From: Octopus bimaculoides
Lineage: Eukaryota
DNA: 37,835 nucleotides
NCBI RefSeq assembly: GCF_001194135.2
Contig: NC_068981.1
Location: 107,277,474 to 107,315,308 of the forward strand
Direction: 5' to 3'
In this document: positions 23,229-34,075 of the stretch, one piece after another
Numbering within the stretch: the stretch's first letter is position 1
How the letters are laid out: every line of letters begins with the position of its first letter
The notes under the pieces: model-generated
Databases searched by the model: none
Seen by the model: the letters and a program-made list of their open reading frames with translations, nothing else
Told to the model about the DNA's origin: nothing
Position numbers and translations under genes: made by a program

Positions 23229-23402
23229 ATCATCATTTAACATCACTGTTCCATGCTGATTGTATAGTTTGACAGGAACTGATGTATCTATGGACTGTAT
23301 CAAGCTCCAATGTCTACCTTGCATGCTTTTTATGGCTGGATGCCCTTTCTAATGCCAACCCCTTTACAGTATGGAATGAATGCTTTATTCATGCCACCTG
23401 CG
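23229..23402 (-). mobile_element. RTE-tailed SINE
   Basis: atcatcatttaac..ttccatgctg ... ggctggatgccctttctaatgccaacc. Confidence 0.75.
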
Positions 23403-24040
23403 CTATTGAAGTTACCATCCAGTTTGCAGGACTACCAGCTCTGTGGTTAAGCTATAATCCGATTATAATATTTAAATCTGCAGCAATTTAATTAGCCTTC
23501 AAATAATTATTTCTGTTTCATTGATACATCTTTTACATTGTATGTGAAATTAAAATCTGTAAACAGAAGGAGGCAATGGAAACATCCTACTCCAAAGTAT
23601 CCCCTCATGTTCAATCATATAAAGACAACATGCTCCCTGGCACTGTCACAAAAAACCAAAACTTCAGTGGATTCTGAAATATTAACAACACTATAGATCT
23701 CTAAAAAAATATTCTATCTTAATAATTTCCCTATTAATTGATATAATCATAGTACATGCCTGGTTTGTATAAAACCTGCTGTACACAGGAATCAAATTTA
23801 CTATTGTGATATGAAAACTGAAAACAAAATGTTTTACCCAGTGAAAATTTTTTATTAAAAATTTTAGAAGATTGCATGAATTTCTAATTGTATTGATTTG
23901 AAGAAAAAGAACACACAATTTTTGACTTTTTTAATTGTTTGAATTTTAGTTAAGTGAAAGTAGATCAAATCTAAAAACATTCTAAACACATGGAAACTAA
24001 ACTAGACATCGTAGGAAGGAGTAGAAGGATTATTACATAC

Positions 24041-24069
24041 CAAAATTGACAGGCTCTGAGAAAAACCAA
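24041..24069 (-). CDS. CACNA2D: alpha2delta 29-nt microexon (phase 2-1)
   Basis: attttttgcag|ttggtttttctcagagcctgtcaattttg|gtatgt. Encodes (N)WFFSEPVNF(A) and supplies the phase 2 to 1 change needed to join the next exon. Confidence 0.82.
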
Positions 24070-24142
24070 CTGCAAAAAATATGAATTATAAATTTTAAAT
24101 AAATAAAAAGAAACTGTCTTCAGTTTAGAAAAAAATTGTGTG

Positions 24143-24143
24143 G

Positions 24144-24232
<89 letters not shown>

Positions 24233-24255
24233 GGAGAGAGAGAGAGAGAGAGAGT
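24143..24255. repeat. (GA)n microsatellite, ~110 bp
   Basis: Directly visible. It lies ~75 nt upstream (in transcript sense) of the 29-nt microexon acceptor, where it reads (UC)n. Confidence 0.97.
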
Positions 24256-24914
24256 CACATATGTATGTCTGTCTTAAAACATTGTTTGCATATATGTAAA
24301 TAGCATAAGAAGTATGTTTCTCAAATAACTATAATTTCTTACACATCTCTTCTTTATGAAGATATAAGGTGTTACAAAATGCTGAAACACACAAAAACGT
24401 TTCTCACATTATATGTTTACACAACTCTTGTTAGTCATGTGGCCTGATTGATCACATCCCTATCATTTCTGTGCTAAACATAGTTGTGAAGTAAGAATTG
24501 GGTATTGAATGTGTTAATATTAAATACCCGTGACAGAAAATAAATTCACACTCTTTTGTACTAAGCCATTCTTCCCCAAGTCTTTCTACAAAATGTGCAA
24601 CTGTTATTTAAGTGAACTTAAACTATATCCAAATTTTGTAAAATTGCTATCAGGAAAGAAAGGTAATTTTGGTTTTCATTGCAATAATCACATAACTTCT
24701 ACCTGATCTCCTTGTTTCAGAAGCCACTGTTGATGAATCAGTGATAGCTGTTGAAACAAAGTGGAAGTAGACTGAGAACTAAGCCCTTTGGAAACTATAA
24801 TTTAGTTTCTACAATACCTTTTCCACTATTATAAATGAAATGTGCTAAGCACTTTTTTGTTTCAAATTTTGTAGTAGATTAAATAAAGATTTATAGTTGC
24901 AGTTCTAGATGTTT

Positions 24915-25205
24915 ACAAAGGAGAAGGGTAAAGACCCTTGTTGTTCATAAATGACCATGGGGTTGCACCTAGAAAGTTCCCCTCTGAGATACAAGTCTGG
25001 GAAAATTTGTTATGGAAGACCAGCAGCCGCCCATGCATACTAGTCTTTCCACTCCATGCCATTGATGTTATGCAAGGGAAAGGCAAGTACAGCTTGGTAC
25101 CAGTGATGTCACAACTCATTTCTGCAGCTGAGTAAGCTAGAGCAATGTGAAATAATGTGTCTTGCTCAAGAGCACAACACACAGCTTGGTCTGGGAATTG
25201 AACTA
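24915..25205 (-). mobile_element. tRNA-derived SINE
   Basis: Reverse-complement B-box (gggaattgaact on +) and core gagcaatgtgaaataatgtgtcttgctcaagagcacaacac. Confidence 0.7.
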
Positions 25206-25846
25206 GATATGCTTACATTGAATTTAATTTCAGAAATATCTCCACATTTATCAACCATATCAACATCACCATCAAATGCCCAGTCTGAGGATAACTCAAT
25301 ATCTTAATGCACCCTGTGACTACTTCCCCCCCCCCCCNNNNNNNNNNNNNNNNNNNNNNNNNNNNNNNNNNNNNNNCCCCCCCTGCTGCCATTACTCTTG
25401 AGGTCACTACAAAAGGTCATTGATACTGCTCTTCCACTCCTGACTAAATCATTAAAAAAAATGTTTGTTTAGTTTTAGAATAGAAAGTTTATTCTAATGG
25501 CTAGATCACCAAAATATTTTCAAATTTGATACCAAAGAGAAGACAAGATATCAGAAATGTTTAAAACATAACATAGTTCTTTATTTGGTAACTAGCCCTG
25601 CCTTCAATACTGTCCATAATATATGTAAGTGTAGATTATTAAAAAATTTGGCTAATTATAATTTTCAAGCAATTGTCATATTTCATCTTTGAAATTCAAG
25701 AGACAAGAAAATTTATCAGAGTAAATACTTTGTAAACAGTTTTATCATATTTGTATAACAGTTTAATTGCTAAAAAACATAACTCCTTAAGCATACAGTG
25801 ATATATCAATAAAAGATGCTAAAAGTGCAATCAATTTACATACCGT

Positions 25847-26063
25847 GATATTGGTTTCAAATTTTGGCACAAAGCCAATGAGTTTTGTGGGAGGTGACTA
25901 GTCAATTACATCAATCCCAGTGCTCAACAGGTACTTATTTTATCGATTCCAAAAGGATGAAAGTCAACCCCAACAGCATTTGAACCCAGTATGTAAAAGC
26001 AGATGAAATGTTGCTGAGCATGTTGCCAAGCATGCTAATGTGATTCTGCCAACTCACTGCCTT
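25847..26063 (-). mobile_element. CORE-like SINE with 15-bp TSD
   Basis: Same family as 17509. Flanked by acataccgtgatatt (25838-25852) and acatacagtaatatt (26067-26081). Confidence 0.85.
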
Positions 26064-26146
26064 TACACATACAGTAATATTAACAAAATTTACATTAATA
26101 TTAATGATATTAATTAAGAAATAGTAAAGAAAATCGATTTACTTAC

Positions 26147-26173
26147 TTGTATATATTGAAACTAAAATATGAC
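26147..26173 (-). CDS. CACNA2D: alpha2delta 27-nt microexon (phase 2-2)
   Basis: ttctcttttaattttag|gtcatattttagtttcaatatatacaa|gtaagt. Encodes (W)SYFSFNIY(N), has strong splice sites and keeps the frame. Confidence 0.8.
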
Positions 26174-26558
26174 CTAAAATTAAAAGAGAAGAAACAACCC
26201 AGTTTATAGAATTATTATTTGAAAGTATAATACATATATAAAAATAACGGGCATTTGATATTTTCCAAAGTCACATTAAATGTGTATTACATTCTCTGAT
26301 TTGAATGAAACAAGGATATGAATAAAATCTAATAATTGTGAGAAAAAAAGTCTGTCAATTAATTGGATAATTCTATATGAAAATAATTAAGATCATTGCT
26401 ACTAAATTCTGAATATTGACTGAATGTTATTTTACTGTTTAAGATCTGAATTATTGACCTCTTAGCAACAATGGTAACAATATCTGGTTCAAACAGTCAT
26501 AGAAGCAATCAATTAGAAAAACGTTTGTGTTATTTTAAACACTGATAATATTACTCAC

Positions 26559-26620
26559 CATGCTACTTTGTTAAACCACCATTTCCAACTTAACATTTCG
26601 TACAATAAGTTCACTGAAGG
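26559..26620 (-). CDS. CACNA2D: alpha2delta exon
   Basis: ttttttccag| ... |gtgagt. PSVNLLYEMLSWKWWFNKVA(W), comparable to PSIADILQIGWWATAAAW. Confidence 0.93.
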
Positions 26621-27128
26621 CTGGAAAAAATAAAGATGTTCAAACAAAAAAAAATTCCACTTGAAGAAATATCAGCAAAATATACAAAAATATTTTTATT
26701 TTATTATTAGAAGGTTAAATATACTATAGGATATTTCAATTTTATTGAATAGATGATTTGAGATAAGTAATTACTGTAGATTATTGAAGTTGTGAGTTGT
26801 ACATCAACAATTTATTATTTACAGGAAAATGGAATGAGCCATTGAGCATTAAATGACTCAATAAACCTCAATGTACAAAATGAAAAGTTACAAATATTCA
26901 TTGAGATTAATTTCTGAATTACTTCTAAACAAATACCATTTTGCACTTGTATGTTCACACCTGAGGTTTCTCAACTGAACTAATTTTCTTTGATATAGCT
27001 ATAGATTTGTTTTTACAAAGATGCAGATATGTATGAACCAGATAATGTAAACTCAAAAGACCAGTAACTCTGTTGTTAGTTGCACCTCTCATGGACTTTA
27101 TAAGTAAATTAATTATAGTTTTTTTATA

Positions 27129-27591
27129 TGCAGATTAGATATTGGTTTCAAAGTTTTGGCACAAGGCCAACCACTCTGGGGAAGAAGGAAAGTCAATTAC
27201 ATTGACCCCAGTCTGCAACTGATACTTATTTTATCAACCCCAAAAGGATGAAAGCAAAGTGAACCTCAGCAGAAATTGAATATAAAGATGGACAAAATGC
27301 CACTAAGCATTTTGCCCAGGCTAATGATTTTGCAGATCACCACCTTAAAATGCAGATTAAATATTCTTTTCTACTCTAGGCACAAGGCCTGAAATTTAGG
27401 ATGGAGGCAGTCGATTAGATTGACCCCAGTATGCAACTGGTATTTAATTTATTGACCCCGAAAGGATGAAAGGCAAAGTCAACCTTGGCAGAATTTGAAC
27501 TCAGAATGTAAAGACAGACGGAATACCGCTAAGCATTTCGCCCAGCATGCTAACATTTCTGTCGGCTCACAGCCTTTGCAGATTAAATATT
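27129..27591 (-). mobile_element. Two tandem CORE-like SINEs bracketed by three copies of one 15-bp target
   Basis: tgcagattagatatt (27129) - SINE - tgcagattaaatatt (27351) - SINE - tgcagattaaatatt (27577). Confidence 0.88.
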
Positions 27592-27813
27592 AAAACTATA
27601 AATGTATCAAGAGATTAATATATTTCTTTTCTTTTCTTTACAGTTAACTGTCATAAGATAACTAATATTAAAAAGATGTTAGAATGTAAGTATCTAGCAA
27701 CAGAAATTATATTTCTAAATAAGATCATGCATGATCAGAAATTATTTATAAAAAAAAAAACTTTAAAACATTTATATTCAATTTATTTCATTTAGAAGTT
27801 GTAAAATAATTAC

Positions 27814-27892
27814 CACACGAATGTTTTTCAAACCTCCAGCTGATTTTTTGGTTTTTCTCATACATGTTGCTTGAAAGTCAGATATTTCATGT
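27814..27892 (-). CDS. CACNA2D: alpha2delta exon
   Basis: ttatttag| ... |gtaatt. (K)HEISDFQATCMRKTKKSAGGLKNIRV, comparable to YDYQSVC...GAGHRSAYV. Confidence 0.93.
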
Positions 27893-28074
27893 CTAAATAA
27901 AAATTAGAAGTCATTGTATAAGTGGAAAAGCTTGCACAGGAGCAAAATTTTTCAAAAATTTCTATTTCGACTAATCATTAAAAATAAGACAGTGATTTAT
28001 ATTAAGGTAAATACAAAATTGACAACTTCATAGTATTAGCTGTGATTATTAAAATAAAATCTTCCATCTATTCA

Positions 28075-28320
28075 TGTATTTCTGTCCACTATTCAAAGAG
28101 GGTTATGGGAGTAGAGTCCTCAGGCCCCTCCTCCATAGGGTCCTTTCAGAAGTATTCATCATTAAACCTTCCAGCTGGACTTTCAAGCATAGCCAACTGA
28201 GACAACGGATATTATCCAACCATCTCATTATTTTTCTACTCCTACATCTCCTACCAGATGGCTTGGTCTTAAGAATTCATCTTGCAATTCTTTCCTGCAC
28301 CATTCTGATTATTTATTATA
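28075..28320 (-). mobile_element. RTE LINE 3'-end remnant
   Basis: The minus strand reads ILKTKPSGRRCRSRKIMRWLDNI...ERTLWR, comparable to the RTE ORF C-terminal G.R.RGRP..RW.D...DR..WR. Confidence 0.7.
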
Positions 28321-29126
28321 TAATTTCATGTTGTAAACTTTAAATTTGTGATTTTAAATTAACAGTAAATGTTCATTATATATATATATATNNNNNNNNN
28401 NTGGTGTTGGGCAATTTTCCCAATAGAATGCTTTTATTTCAATTTTTTTTTTATTCCATGTCAGAACATGTCTTCAACAGACAAGCCTCTTGATCAGAAT
28501 GGATTTTAGTATTATTTGGGGAAATCTATAATGTCTCAATAAACAAAGTTTTTCCACTTGGTGCATAGATGTAAAAGTTTTTCTTAGCTTGCTGCTGCTG
28601 TGTTGTGAGGGTCTTTTGACTGTTGTCCTAATAAAATTCCTTACATGCACACTGACAAACACACATACACTCAGCATGAGCAATATACATAAGCAGAAGA
28701 AGAGTGAAAGAGAGTGTGGTAAATATATACAGAGAGGGGAAGTTTATAATGAGAAAAGTATAAAAGACAGAGTGACAAATAGAGTGGTTTTTTTCTGTTA
28801 TTGTCGCAGATTTTGAAATTTTAAAACTAAGTGAAAATTTTCAAATTTGGTATATTGATGTAATTTTTCAGTCTGAATCCAATTTTATGATTCCTATATT
28901 CCTGAAAAATTTTAGAAAAAAGTTACAGAGGTTTGAAGTTTAATAATGTTTACTCAATTGGAAAACAGGACTTGGAAGATAGCATTTTCTGTGTGATAGC
29001 TGTCTATCACAAAATGAAGGCAAAAACATTGATAAATTTTTTATCAAAAAATGAAATCAAAACAGTATGACAAAAGTTTTGATAAGTTTAATGAATAAAG
29101 TCATGTGAAATGGTCAAACAGCATGT

Positions 29127-29310
29127 AAATAATTTACTTTCCATGCTGGCATGGGTTGGATGTTTTGATAGGATTCAACAAGTCAGAGGACTGTTTAGCT
29201 CCAGTGACTCAGTTTTGGCATGGTTTCTATGGCTGGATGCTCTTCTTAATGCCAACCACTTTAAAGGTGTACTAGGTGCTTTTTTTTTTTTTTGCAGCAT
29301 CAGTACTAGA
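29127..29310 (-). mobile_element. RTE-tailed SINE
   Basis: ttccatgctggcatgggttgg ... ctatggctggatgctcttcttaatgccaaccac. Confidence 0.75.
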
Positions 29311-30266
29311 GAGGTTGCTAATAATTTGCAAGGCTAAAGAGCTCCCTTCCTTGAGGAGGATGGGAGATAAGGTAGTCACTTTATGCAGGGTGTTGAGAGG
29401 TATGAGAGGAGGAGTAGGGACAGACTTATTGCAGAAGAGATTAAGGACAACCTCAAATTTTACATGGTGGGAAAGGGGATTGATGCTTAAACAAGAAGTT
29501 AATATGGTGGTGATGAGACACCAGAATGTACCGTCAAAGTAAATAGTAGAATGTGTAGATGTAGAAGAATCAGGGAAGGTGGATAAGAGTGTAAGAGGGA
29601 AGTAGGAGACAGTTGGACATAAACGTGGCATGGAGGTGGTAGGATGTATATAGGAGATAAATTTAGTGAATGCTGAATAGGGGTGGAAGTGGTAAATGTC
29701 AATATGAGGAAAAGGATAAGAATGAGGGAGAGATGTTGACAAGGAGTAACTCAGAGGAGAAAGAGTGGTGACTGGCAGTACAGAAATGGTAATATGGTGA
29801 ATGTAGCAACAAGTTCTGCTGTAATTATTTACAGTATCAGAATGCTACAGTAGATAGGAGAACGATGAAGGAATGAGTGAAAGGGAATTGCTGGGGTAAG
29901 CAGTTGCCTCAATAGGTATTACTAATATGATAATTGTCCTACCTTACATACCTCCAACAGCCAAGGGAGTTAGACATATACAGAATATACATAAATCTAT
30001 GTCCTACAAAGTTTGCATAATCGAAACAAAACTGAGCTGAGAGAAATAATTGGGTGGCCAGAGGCATGAAAAACATAGACAAATATAGATATATTAAATA
30101 CCATGAAACATAAATCCTTGATTTCTTAAAATTATCTCAACTTTATCTTGATTTCTTAAAATTTGATGCCAGTTCCATATGAGAAAGGGAGATATGAATC
30201 AACAACACTCCAAAGTTGACATGACATACACAATATATGAATTAAAATATTAAGAAAGGTACTTAC

Positions 30267-30337
30267 TTTACATAGACAGTGCGGTTTATTAGACCAAACA
30301 TTAGTCCTCTGTCAACATTACCTAAAAATTGCCCAAC
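30267..30337 (-). CDS. CACNA2D: alpha2delta exon
   Basis: ttacctcag| ... |gtaagt. VGQFLGNVDRGLMFGLINRTVYV, comparable to [22 protein letters not shown]. Confidence 0.95.
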
Positions 30338-30475
30338 CTGAGGTAAAGTAAAATGTCAAAAGAAAAAATAAACTTTAGAAAAAAATTCAGACTTCAAATT
30401 TAAAATAGAAGTGATAGGAATGTGTAATTTTAGTCGCTTTTTTTCCAAAGGCAACACAATTTCATTTTCTAAGTA

Positions 30476-30722
30476 CATCATCATCATCAACATTTAATCT
30501 CTGTTTTCCATACTAGCAAGGGTTAGACAGTTTGATAGGAACTGGTAAGGCCAGTGGTTGCACCAAATTCCATAGTCAGTTTTGACTTGGTTTCTATGGC
30601 TGGATGCTCTTCCTAATGCCATTCACTTTACAGAGTGTACTGGGTGCTTTTCACATGGCATCATCATCATCAGTGCTTTTTACATGGCACTAGAACAAGT
30701 GCTTTTTATGTGGCACCAGTAC
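30476..30722 (-). mobile_element. RTE-tailed SINE with short internal tandem units (gtgcttt.tacatggcac)
   Basis: (CAT)n tail on +, then ctatggctggatgctcttcctaatgcc, then three copies of gtgcttt...tggca. Confidence 0.78.
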
Positions 30723-31826
30723 CTACAAATTTTTACTTTTAAAATGTAAGTTATTTCTGACAGATGTAATTTCTTTTACATATTCTTCATGGATAAATAA
30801 TTGCAAAGTAACTTCAAATATAATGAAATGCTGTCAATTTTTATGGCTTCTAATTTGTTTAGATAAATTTTGAGGAGATTGGAAGAAGGAAAAGTAAAAA
30901 ACAAATAAACCATATATTGTTAGAATGTTGATACATGTTTTGAGAGAACTTAACATGCATATGGAATGAATGAATATAATACAAACTTTGAAAGACATTA
31001 AGACACATTTTTAATATGCATTTTGAGACAGATAAGTACCTGAAATAAAACAATACATGCATAATGTATTGTTGAACAATTTAGCCTATTTTGTTGTTGG
31101 TTATTCATACTTGGTTTATAATATATTTTTCAAACTGTATTCACAGGCATAAAATCAGGAAGTGAGAGAGGTGAAGGTAGATTCATTTAACCACTTGACT
31201 TCCATATAATTATGGCCGTTTTGCAACCTCACTATTCTCTGAATTCATATTTTATACTACTATTTTAAATGTGTGTGCATGTATATATATATAAAGATGT
31301 TATATATTCACTGTTCACTGAATCCATATTTTAAACTCTGTGTGTGTGCATATATATACATGCACACAATTTCTTACATTTTGGTTACAATGTACAAACC
31401 AGAATTCATAGGAGTTTAACACTATTATGCTCCCTGTGAATAACTTAAATTTCATCTTACAAACAAGAAATTTAATAGGTAGCCATTGATGATGGTAACC
31501 TAAGGTGTTCAGTTTGTGTCCATGTCAAATTGAATCTGAAATGATAAGCACTCCTTTATACATACTTCATAAACAAAATTTTGTACTTTTATTAACAGAT
31601 GTAGAAATAGAAAGAAATAGTCTGTAATGGCTTCTTTCATCTATTGACATTTTACTGTAATAGTCTAAGTAAAATGACAACTGACAACACAGAAAAACAT
31701 TTGCATCTTAAGGAGTTGAGAGAATACCTGTAACCTTAATCATTACTTGAACTCAAATATACAGTATTTTACGTTGCCAGTAAAATATGTACTGCTACTA
31801 CTACTACTACTACCTCTTTTATGTAT

Positions 31827-32946
31827 ACTAGCTGGTGTACCCGGTAATTCCCAGGAGTAAAGATATTCTATTGAAACACCTTATTACTCTGATATAAGAA
31901 AGCAATTTCATTATAACTGCCGCAAAAGGTGTATTTTCTGTTACAGAAAAGTACAAAAAACTGTCAGCTGGAGGAGGGAGTGATTGTTGGAGGTTGGCGG
32001 GAGAGGTTTTTGGAGGTTGGCGAGAAAGATTGTCAGAGGTTGGTGAGAGAGGTTGCTGGAGGTTGGCGAAAGGCAAAGACATTATTCTGCTTAGCAAAGG
32101 CATCTGGGAAATGTATAACTGCTGTCATTCACAGAAAAACTATTGTTTTGCCGTGAGAAAAGTGCTGATGAAGTGTTAAGTGAAATTTGGCAATCAAGGA
32201 TCGAATCTACACTATGCCTGCATGAAGCCACTACATAGACATTGTGGAATAAAAAATTTATCTACTGTCATGGAAAAGTGTAACTGTAAAAATGCAGAAT
32301 TATCGGAGTAATGGATATTCAAAAAAGTATGTATGTATAGAAATGTATGAATGAAGTCTTTAATGTTTAAGATTCAAATCAAGGAAGTGCAATGATAATG
32401 TTTAGCAGTTCAAAACTATGAGTAGTGAAATGCAGAATTAGGTCGGCTGATCGTAACAATCAAATATTGATCACTTTGCTAAAATCTGCAGGTGGTATGG
32501 ATTATTTCCCTTGGGTTGTTTAAATAAAATATTAGTATTATGTAGTAGATATAAGAATCCATTTTTTTCAACAATCTAAGTATGCCATGAGGTTTTCAGA
32601 CATGAGTTCTACTCACATGTCAAATAAAGTATAAAAGTGATATTGTCTGCAAAAATTAGAAATAGGACACACAAAAAAATCAATATTCAAAGTAATTGAA
32701 CATAAACAAAGAAATGGGTTATTTCCCTTGAGTGTTTAAAAAAAATTAGTTATATGAGGTAGATATAAAAGTCTCTTCCAGAGGCCGTATTATCAATTTT
32801 TTCAACAATTTAAGTATGTCACAAGGTTTCCAGACATGAGTTCTACTCACGTGTCAAGTTTCATCAAAATAAATAAAATGATGTAGGAGGAGTTAGCTAA
32901 CAACGCCACAAACAAACACACACCGATTTTCCTCATATGTAGTAGG
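31827..32946 (+). mobile_element. Non-autonomous Helitron-like (HINE/Lep1-like) element with internal minisatellite and duplication
   Basis: The 5' end ACTAGCT..ACCCGG(taattc)CCAGG forms a subterminal hairpin. The 3' region reads aagtttcatcaaaat...ggagttag...acaaacaaacacacaccgatttt..atgtagtag. A ~23-bp repeat lies at 31970-32072 and a duplication at 32502-32624 / 32719-32858. Classification is from end architecture only. Confidence 0.6.
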
Positions 32947-32949
32947 TTA

Positions 32950-33195
32950 TTGGGTTGGTGCATAATTATTGCGGCTTTTTTCAACAAATTTTATTCAACA
33001 AAAACAATAACAATATTGAACAAAAACATCTTTAAATGATGGTCTGACTGTCTGCCAAATAAATGGGAAGCAGTAATTGAAGTAGATGGGGAATATGCTC
33101 CGGAATAATCATTTAAACATGTTTTTGTTACATGTTATTGATTTTGTTGGATAAAATTTGTTGAAAAAAGCCACAATAATTATGCACCAACCCAA
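32950..33195. mobile_element. Mariner-derived MITE with TA TSD and ~90-bp TIRs
   Basis: TA|TTGGGTTGGTGCATAATTATTGCGG ... CCACAATAATTATGCACCAACCCAA|TA. The core encodes LPNKWEAVIEVDGEYAPE*, a mariner transposase C-terminus. Confidence 0.92.
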
Positions 33196-33299
33196 TATAT
33201 TGGTAATGGGTTTAATTTCAGAGTTATTTTGATGCATGATATTAAAAATTTCATTCAGCATACCCATTGTTTACTTCTAATTTCAACCAACAAAAACCG

Positions 33300-33495
33300 T
33301 CTATAATGGATGGTTGCTTGACCTGCTAAAAATAATAGTGAAATATACCTGGTCATACCCTACCATTAAAAAAAAAAAGAACACATTGGCTAATGTAGCT
33401 TGAAATGCATTCTGCTTAAACAACTTGGTGGTCATAACTAGAATTGGTTTGATCGTAGGTTGGCTCATTCAGAACTTGGTCTGAGACTACACAAT
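33300..33495 (+). mobile_element. Interspersed repeat fragment (unclassified SINE/MITE-like)
   Basis: gttgcttgacctgctaaaaataatag...ccctacc..aaaaaa. A related reverse-complement fragment lies near 3260-3320. Confidence 0.5.
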
Positions 33496-33508
33496 AACAT
33501 ATACTTAC

Positions 33509-33678
33509 TGCACCAAGTTTATCTTCTTGGTTTGTTGAGATAACAAAGGCTCCATCATCCAAAAGATAACAAATTAATTTATCACTTTCACGGCAATGAT
33601 ACTGATCCGAATTACCATAGTCTGAAGCTGTTAACAATTCTTCCATTATTCTACTGTGATTCATTGTAACGCCAATCA
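33509..33678 (-). CDS. CACNA2D: alpha2delta exon
   Basis: tttttcag| ... |gtaagt. VIGVTMNHSRIMEELLTASDYGNSDQYHCRESDKLICYLLDDGAFVISTNQEDKLGA, carrying the alpha2delta C..LDDGGF motif. Confidence 0.96.
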
Positions 33679-34075
33679 CTGAAAAAAATAAATAAATAAA
33701 AGCACGTTAATGAAACTTTTCTTTAAAAGTTTAATTAGAATATATTTTTCTAGAATTTTTAATCATTATATTGAGGTTTTCAACCGAAAATATAACAGTT
33801 AAGCGCACATTTATCATTTCATATAGCAATAATAGACTTTATTTTACATTTACAATTTTTTTATCAAATAATATATCTTCCTTATTGATTACTTTAAATA
33901 TTGATAGCTTATTGATTACTATAAATTAGTTTCATATGAACAATAGTAAAGAAATTATATTATAAATATTATTTGTTGAATTCAAAGCAATGTGAGTGAT
34001 AAGTGCTGGCAATACAGAAATAAAATATTTTTATGTTATCTATAAAGCAGTATATTAAAGAGATAGCCAAGTTCT

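Noticed and set aside
25327-25383. Poly-C/G tract as a possible G-quadruplex
   Set aside because: Most of it is an N gap, so the true sequence and length are unknown.
29272-29900. 156-aa minus-strand ORF in a purine-skewed region
   Set aside because: It is low-complexity (S/T/P/H/L) with no recognisable domain. It is probably an old repeat remnant, but I cannot classify it.
29952-30003. Cryptic 52-nt exon on the minus strand with a strong donor (gag|gtatgt)
   Set aside because: It shifts the frame and has an immediate in-frame TAG, and the flanking exons already join in frame. A poison exon cannot be supported without RNA data.
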